Origin: Elusimicrobiota bacterium
GTDB lineage: Bacteria; Elusimicrobiota; Elusimicrobia; UBA1565
Direction of reading: 5' to 3'
NCBI GenBank assembly: GCA_043819795.1
Contig: JBDREN010000008.1
Coordinates: 1-31,616 of the forward strand
DNA length: 31,616 bases
Positions 26,586 through 31,616 of this stretch are shown piece after piece; position 1 is the stretch's first letter; the number at the start of each line of letters is the position of its first letter. A program made the translations under genes and the position numbers. The notes below the pieces were generated by a model. It was not told the DNA's origin and searched no databases. It worked only from the letters and a program-made list of their open reading frames with translations.

Positions 26586-26837
26586 TCAGCGCCGGGGATC
26601 GTCCTCGGTCAGGCGGGCGACCAGACGTTCCTTGAAGGGCGCGAGCTTGGCCTCGTCCACGGACACGCCGGCCAGCCTGCGGACGGCGTCTCCGAGCATC
26701 CTCATCTGGCGGGTGAACAGGGCGCAGTGGCGGCAGACCGCGAGGTGGACGCGGTTGATGAACCGCGTCCAGCCGGAGGCCTCCTCGAACTCGCCGCGGC
26801 TCGCGCCCGTGGAATATTTCTGGCAGTTGAAAAGCAT
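26586..26837 (-). CDS. Zinc-binding anti-sigma factor (zf-HC2/ZAS), soluble
   Basis: N-terminal Cys plus HLAVCRHC (HxxxCxxC); TGATG overlap with the sigma gene; no TM segment. Confidence 0.88.
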   Translation of the reverse strand: MLFNCQKYSTGASRGEFEEASGWTRFINRVHLAVCRHCALFTRQMRMLGDAVRRLAGVSVDEAKLAPFKERLVARLTEDDPRR

Positions 26838-27421
26838 CAGTTACGCTCCCGCCACTTCTTCTCGAGGCACTCGCGCAGCTTGATCCGCGACCGGAACAGG
26901 ATCACCCGCAAGTTAGTGTCGCTCACCCCCAGGATGTTGCAGATCGAGGCGCTGGACTCGTGCTCCACCTCTTTGAGGTGAAAGGCGGCCCGCTGGCTGG
27001 GCGTGAGCCCGTCGAGGCACTCCCCGATCAGGCGCGCGGTCTCCTGCGATAGCACCTCCTCTTCCGGGCCCTGCGGGGGCTTGCTCCAGCGTCCGAACAC
27101 GTTGAACCGGCTCTCGAACACCTGGTCGATGGGGTCGGTGGCCAGCTCCCGCGACCTCTTGCGGCCCCTCTCCAGGGCCTTCCGATAGAGGATCCCGAAA
27201 AGGAACGTGCGGACCGAGGACCTCCCCTCGAAGCGGTCGAGCACATCCAGGAAGGTGGCGAAGGTCTCCGAGACCAGCTCCTCCGCGTCGACCTCCTTGA
27301 GCCCCATGCCGAAGGAGGCGCGCAGCAGGTCCCCGGCGTGCGCCTCGACGACATTAGCGACGGCCTCGCGGTTGCGCCGTTTGAGCTCTCGGAGTTCGGA
27401 TTTCGTCAGCGGCCCGGTCAT
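26837..27421 (-). CDS. ECF RNA polymerase sigma factor
   Basis: DAEELVSETF..FEGRSSVRTFLFGI (region 2); CLDGL..QRAAFHLKE..ICNILGVS..ILFRSRIKLRECL (region 4). Start is ATG 27421 or TTG 27427. Confidence 0.92.
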   Translation of the reverse strand: MTGPLTKSELRELKRRNREAVANVVEAHAGDLLRASFGMGLKEVDAEELVSETFATFLDVLDRFEGRSSVRTFLFGILYRKALERGRKRSRELATDPIDQVFESRFNVFGRWSKPPQGPEEEVLSQETARLIGECLDGLTPSQRAAFHLKEVEHESSASICNILGVSDTNLRVILFRSRIKLRECLEKKWRERN

Positions 27422-27532
27422 CGCCAAGAAAGGTCCGTCAACGCAATAATAGCTGATTTCCAGCGGAGAAGTGTAGCGCGCCTCACGTGACGGGCGGAGA
27501 AGGCGGGACGCCGGGCCCGGACGGTCTCCGGC

Positions 27533-28462
27533 TCAGACCTCGATGACCCGGACGCGCTCGTCCACCATGTCCTTCAAGGTCCTCTCGACCATGGCCTTCA
27601 GGGTCTGCCCCGAGGCCGGACAGCCCTTGCAGGCGCCCTGCAGCCGGCAGTAGACCAGGTCGCCCTTGATGTCGATGATCTCGAGGTCGCCGCCGTCCCT
27701 GCGCAGGAGCGGCCGGACGTACTCCTCGACGGCGCTCTCGATCTTCTTTCCCAGCCGGTACGCGGAGACGGGCTCTTCGGCCCCCGCCGGCTCAGCGGCG
27801 CCCTTGCCGGCCTTTCCCCACGCCTCGTCAAGAAGATCCTGCAGCCCGCCGGGCGCGTGATGGCAGGACGAGCAGCCCCCGCCGGCCTTGACCGCGTCGG
27901 TGATGTCCGGGATCGTGCGCAGGTTGAGCTCCTTGATCTTTCGCCGGAGGTAGGGCTCGGTCATAGTGAAGCACTCGCAGACGATCCGACCCTCCTCCTT
28001 CTCTTCCGGGTGCATGTCCACGCCCAGCTCCTTCAGATCGACGCCGCGTTTGCGGGCCCAGTCGAATACGGCGGCCTCCAGGGCCTCCGCGCCCATGACC
28101 GAGCAGTGGATCTTCTGCCGCGGCAGACCCTCCAGGAAGTCGACGATGTCCTGGTTCTTGATCTTGAGCGCCGTGATGGGAGTATACCGGCCCTTCTCGA
28201 TGAGCGCGCACAAGGCCTCCGAAGCGGCTATGGCGGAGGTGCAGCCGAAGGTCAGGTACTTGGCCTCCACGATGACGTCCTTCATCGGATCGGTCGCATG
28301 GCGCTCGACCCGGAAGCTGAAGCGCAGGGCGTCGCCGCAGGCGATGGACCCGTGCTCCCCCAGGCCGTCGGGGTCCTTGACCTCTCCCAGATGCGTCCCG
28401 GGCTTTCCGTGGACCGCGTCCAGGAAAAGCTGTTTGGTCTTCTCGCTATACTCCCACGCCAT
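27533..28462 (-). CDS. nifU: Three-domain Fe-S scaffold NifU
   Basis: IscU domain (ACGDAL, FGCTSAIA, KIHCSVMG); BFD-like CECF..GGGCSSC; Nfu domain DGGDLE..GACKGC. Confidence 0.95.
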   Translation of the reverse strand: MAWEYSEKTKQLFLDAVHGKPGTHLGEVKDPDGLGEHGSIACGDALRFSFRVERHATDPMKDVIVEAKYLTFGCTSAIAASEALCALIEKGRYTPITALKIKNQDIVDFLEGLPRQKIHCSVMGAEALEAAVFDWARKRGVDLKELGVDMHPEEKEEGRIVCECFTMTEPYLRRKIKELNLRTIPDITDAVKAGGGCSSCHHAPGGLQDLLDEAWGKAGKGAAEPAGAEEPVSAYRLGKKIESAVEEYVRPLLRRDGGDLEIIDIKGDLVYCRLQGACKGCPASGQTLKAMVERTLKDMVDERVRVIEV

Positions 28463-28497
28463 GATCGTCCTCCTCGTCCGGGCAAGTTCCCCGCCGC

Positions 28498-28528
28498 CTG
28501 TGAGTGCCGCCGGCTGAAGCCTCGTTAC
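28498..28528 (-). promoter_or_regulatory. Putative ECF-sigma promoter upstream of nifU-sigma-antisigma
   Basis: GTAAC-16 nt-GCACTCACAG. Confidence 0.75.
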
Positions 28529-28595
28529 GCGTCCCGGCCCGGGCGCAGCGCGCGACGCCTCTTATCATATGATAACTTCTTCACGCACAGCCGGC

Positions 28596-28611
28596 CTTGA
28601 CCCAGGTCAAG
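28596..28611. promoter_or_regulatory. FNR/CRP-family-like operator
   Basis: cTTGACCCAGGTCAAg (TTGAC-N4-GTCAA), centred 41.5 nt upstream of the +1 implied by minus-strand TATCAT at 28574-28569. Confidence 0.6.
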
Positions 28612-28636
28612 CCTGTCCCGTCAGGCGCGAGACCCA

Positions 28637-28825
28637 TCATTCTTCCCCCGTGCCCACGCCCATCCCGCAGGCATAGACGAGCTCGCCTCCATGCTGCGCG
28701 GTGTAGAACAGCACGCCTACTGCAGCCACCCATGCCGCGAGGAATCCGGCCCTCGCGACGCGCCAGCACCTCCCAGGCCCGGGGCACATGCTCCGCCGTG
28801 CGCTCGGCCAGCAGGCCGAGCCCGG
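28637..28825 (-). pseudogene. DUF2231-like membrane protein remnant
   Basis: GLLAERTAEHVPRAWEVLAR in one frame, then FLAAWVAAVGVLFYTAQHGGELVYACGMGV..* in another, resembling the family's GGELVY..G.GV tail. No N-terminus. Confidence 0.55.
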
Positions 28826-28828
28826 TCC

Positions 28829-29308
28829 CTATTTGACCTTCTTGACCTCGACCACGACCACGGCCGTAGTGCCGCCGCGGACGTACGTCTTCCCGGTGAT
28901 CTCAGCCCGATCACCGGTCAACTCCTTGGCTTGCTCGTAGGGCTTCTTCTGGCCGTGGCTCTCCATGAGCAGGAATACCTTGCCGTCATCGGTGAGGATC
29001 CCGGCCGGGATGCCGTCATTAAGCACGCACTGCCGGGCGCACTTGCGGTGCTTCTTGCCCTTGCCCTCGTGCGCCATGTAGCAGGCCATGTCGATGATCT
29101 CTCCGGTAAGCACAACGGTCTTGCCCTGCTTGCCGTTCTCGCCATGCTTGTCGTGACCGTCGTGCTTGCCCATCGTCTTATGACCGTTTCCGCGCGCGCC
29201 GTGATCATGTCCGCCGGCCGCGCGAGAGATGACCGGAGCGCCCAGCATCGCCGTCATAAGGAGCGCGATCCCCAGCCACTCCACCTTTCTCATCATCTGA
29301 TTCTTCAT
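28829..29308 (-). CDS. Secreted His-rich hypothetical protein with three cysteines
   Basis: Signal peptide; GGHDHG..KHDGHDKHG; LTGEIIDMACYM..HRKCARQC..GIPAGIL; GGAG RBS before the ATG at 29308. Confidence 0.75.
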   Translation of the reverse strand: MKNQMMRKVEWLGIALLMTAMLGAPVISRAAGGHDHGARGNGHKTMGKHDGHDKHGENGKQGKTVVLTGEIIDMACYMAHEGKGKKHRKCARQCVLNDGIPAGILTDDGKVFLLMESHGQKKPYEQAKELTGDRAEITGKTYVRGGTTAVVVVEVKKVK

Positions 29309-29450
29309 GTCCCTTTCTCCCATTGAGCAGACATAGAGCGCTTTCTGCTGCTTTGTCTTAAACTCCCGGTCTTCTTCGCCTTCCCATGGCTCAGCGCCTC
29401 CTCTTTTTGACTCATTTCCGCGACAGCACCGATCACAGCCCATGACATTG

Positions 29451-31616
29451 TCAATGCGGCGAATGTTCCGTCTCGATCCTCTGTCTCAACTCGTCCGGGG
29501 ATGCCTCTCCTTGCCGCATCTCCCCGCGCCATTTCCAGACCACGTAGATCGCCGGATAGACCAGCAGCTCCATGGCGAAGGACGTGAATATGCCGCCCAC
29601 CATCGGCGCGGCGATGCGCTTCATCACGTCCGCGCCGGTGCCGTGGCTCCACATGATCGGGAGCAGGCCAGCCAGGATGACGCTGGTGGTCATGATCTTC
29701 GGCCGCACGCGCGCCACCGCGCCCTGGTAGACCGCGTCCACCAGGTCGCTGCGCGTGTTCATCCGGCCGCCCGCGACGGCCTCGTTGTAGGCCACGTCGA
29801 GATAGAGCAGCATGACGACACCCGTCTCGGCGCTGACGCCGGCCAGCGCGATGATGCCGACCCAGACCGCGATGCTCATGTTGTAGCCGAGCAGGTACAT
29901 CAGCCAGAACGCGCCGATCAGCGAGAACGGCACGGCCAGCAGCACGATGAGCGTCTTGAACGTCGATCTGGTGTTCAGGTAGATGATGACGAAGATGATC
30001 ACGAGCGTCGCCGGCACGACGTACATCAGGCGCTGCTGGGCGCGCATCATGTACTCGTACTGGCCGCTCCAGCCGATCGCGTAGCCGGCGGGAATCTGCA
30101 CCTGCTCGGCGACGGCGCGCTGTGCCATCTGCACGTACGTGCCGACGTCAATCCCCTCGAGGTCCACGTAGATCCAGGCGTTCGGCCGCGAGCTCTCGGT
30201 CTTGATCCCGGGCGGCCCCTTGACCGTCTCGACGTCGGCGAGCTGGCCGAGCGGGATGTGCTGCCCGAGCGGTGTCGGCACCAGGATGTCGCGAAGCGCC
30301 GGCAGGGTGTCGCGCAGCTCCCGGCTGTAGCGCAGGTTCACCGGGTAGCGTTCGAGCCCCTCGACGGTCGTCGTGATGTTCATTCCGCCGATCGCCGACT
30401 GGATCACGTCCTGCACGTCGCCGACCGTGAGGCCGTACCGCGCGATCTCGTGCCGGCGGATCTTGATGTTCAGATAGTTACCGCCGGTGACCCGCTCCGC
30501 ATACACGGAGAGGGTGCCCGGCACCTGCCTGATCACGGCCTCGATCTCCCGCCCGATCTGTTCGAGCGTCGCTAGGCTGGGCCCGGACACCTTGATGCCC
30601 ACGGGAGTCTTGATGCCGGTGGACAGCATGTCGATGCGGGTCTTGATCGGCATCGTCCAGGCGTTGGTGAGGCCGGGGAACTGGATGGCCTGGTTCATCT
30701 GCTGGATGAGCTTCTCCGGCGTCATGCCGGCGCGCCACTCCTCTTCGGGCTTCAGCGTGATGGTGGTTTCCACCATGCTGAGCGGTGCCGGGTCGGTGGC
30801 GGTGTCGGCGCGCCCGATCTTGCCGAACACGCGCTCCACCTCGGGAAACGATCGGATGATGCGATCGGTCTGCTGCAGGATCTCGCGTGCCTTCGTCACC
30901 GACACGCCCGGAAGCGTCGTCGGCATGTAGAGCAGATCGCCCTCCCAGAGCGGCGGCATGAACTCCGACCCCATGCGCGAGTACGGCACCCAGGTCGCGA
31001 CGAGCAACGCGAGCGTCGCCACGAGCACGGGCCAGCGCCACCGCAGCACGAAGTGCAGTACCGGGTCGTAGATCCGGACGAGCAGCCAGCTCACGGGGTT
31101 CCTGCTCTCGGGACGGATTCGGCCGCGAATCCAGTAGCCCATCAGCACCGGAACGAGCGTGATCGACAGGAACGCCGCCGCCGCCATCGAGTAGGTCTTG
31201 GTGTACGCGAGCGGTTTGAACAGCCGGCCTTCCTGCGCCTCGAGCGTGAAGACCGGCGCGAACGAGACGGTGATCACGAGCAGCGCGTAGAAGAGCGTCG
31301 GCCCGACCTCCTTGGCGGCGTCCGCGATGATCTGCCAGTGGGCCTTCTTCCCGCTGTCGTGCTCGAGGTGCTTGTGGGCGTTCTCGATCATGATGATGGC
31401 CGCGTCCACCATGGCGCCGACGGCGATGGCGATCCCCCCCAGCGACATGATGTTGGCGTTGATCCCTTGCCGGTGCATCACGATGAACGCCATGAGGATG
31501 GCGACGGGCAGCGTGAAGATCGCGACCAGCGCCGAGCGCACGTGCAGCAGGAACAGCAGACACACGAGCGCGACGACGAGGCTCTCCTCGATCAGCTTCT
31601 CCTGAAGCGTCTCGAT
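29451..31616 (-). CDS. cusA: CusA/SilA-type heavy-metal RND efflux permease (5' end outside window)
   Basis: NIMSLGGIAIAVGAMVDAAI, GSEFMPPL, DPAPLSMVET, WTMPIKTRIDMLSTG, RPKIMT, MKRIAAPMVGG. Confidence 0.93.
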   Translation of the reverse strand: METLQEKLIEESLVVALVCLLFLLHVRSALVAIFTLPVAILMAFIVMHRQGINANIMSLGGIAIAVGAMVDAAIIMIENAHKHLEHDSGKKAHWQIIADAAKEVGPTLFYALLVITVSFAPVFTLEAQEGRLFKPLAYTKTYSMAAAAFLSITLVPVLMGYWIRGRIRPESRNPVSWLLVRIYDPVLHFVLRWRWPVLVATLALLVATWVPYSRMGSEFMPPLWEGDLLYMPTTLPGVSVTKAREILQQTDRIIRSFPEVERVFGKIGRADTATDPAPLSMVETTITLKPEEEWRAGMTPEKLIQQMNQAIQFPGLTNAWTMPIKTRIDMLSTGIKTPVGIKVSGPSLATLEQIGREIEAVIRQVPGTLSVYAERVTGGNYLNIKIRRHEIARYGLTVGDVQDVIQSAIGGMNITTTVEGLERYPVNLRYSRELRDTLPALRDILVPTPLGQHIPLGQLADVETVKGPPGIKTESSRPNAWIYVDLEGIDVGTYVQMAQRAVAEQVQIPAGYAIGWSGQYEYMMRAQQRLMYVVPATLVIIFVIIYLNTRSTFKTLIVLLAVPFSLIGAFWLMYLLGYNMSIAVWVGIIALAGVSAETGVVMLLYLDVAYNEAVAGGRMNTRSDLVDAVYQGAVARVRPKIMTTSVILAGLLPIMWSHGTGADVMKRIAAPMVGGIFTSFAMELLVYPAIYVVWKWRGEMRQGEASPDELRQRIETEHSPH

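Noticed and set aside
1..31616. CRISPR array, intact tRNA/rRNA, transposase or integrase
   Set aside because: None recognised on either strand.

Overview
GC-rich bacterial chromosomal window with about 28 apparently intact genes, mostly on the minus strand, themed on metal, redox and arsenic handling. Left to right: (1) a degenerate tRNA-Asp-like 3' fragment plus terminator (possible integration scar); (2) a twice-frameshifted TMTC-like membrane glycosyltransferase/TPR gene; (3) a cation-transport cluster (TrkA-C membrane protein, two tandem CNNM/CorB paralogs, DUF1207-like protein, corA); (4) a decayed mnmA fragment; (5) a putative organoarsenical locus: a fused double glycosyltransferase coupled to a PqqD-like/radical SAM/ArsM fusion, then a DUF3047 stub, a TVP38/DedA protein, a gutted mercuric-reductase-like gene, a YyaL-type protein and a YHS lipoprotein; (6) aspA-histidine kinase-fpr-CBS-korAB-CBS-ferritin; (7) two response regulators, a redoxin and azoR; (8) nifU with an ECF sigma/zinc anti-sigma pair; (9) a His/Cys-rich secreted protein and the 3' part of cusA. 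Two regulatory codes are readable in intergenic DNA. A GTAAC-N16-RCACYCAY ECF-type promoter occurs before four transcription units. An 11-bp-periodic four-unit direct-repeat array followed by a -10 hexamer occurs at three promoters around the OmpR-family gene. At least four unannotated gene remnants are also present. Family calls come from motif recognition only; no searches were run.
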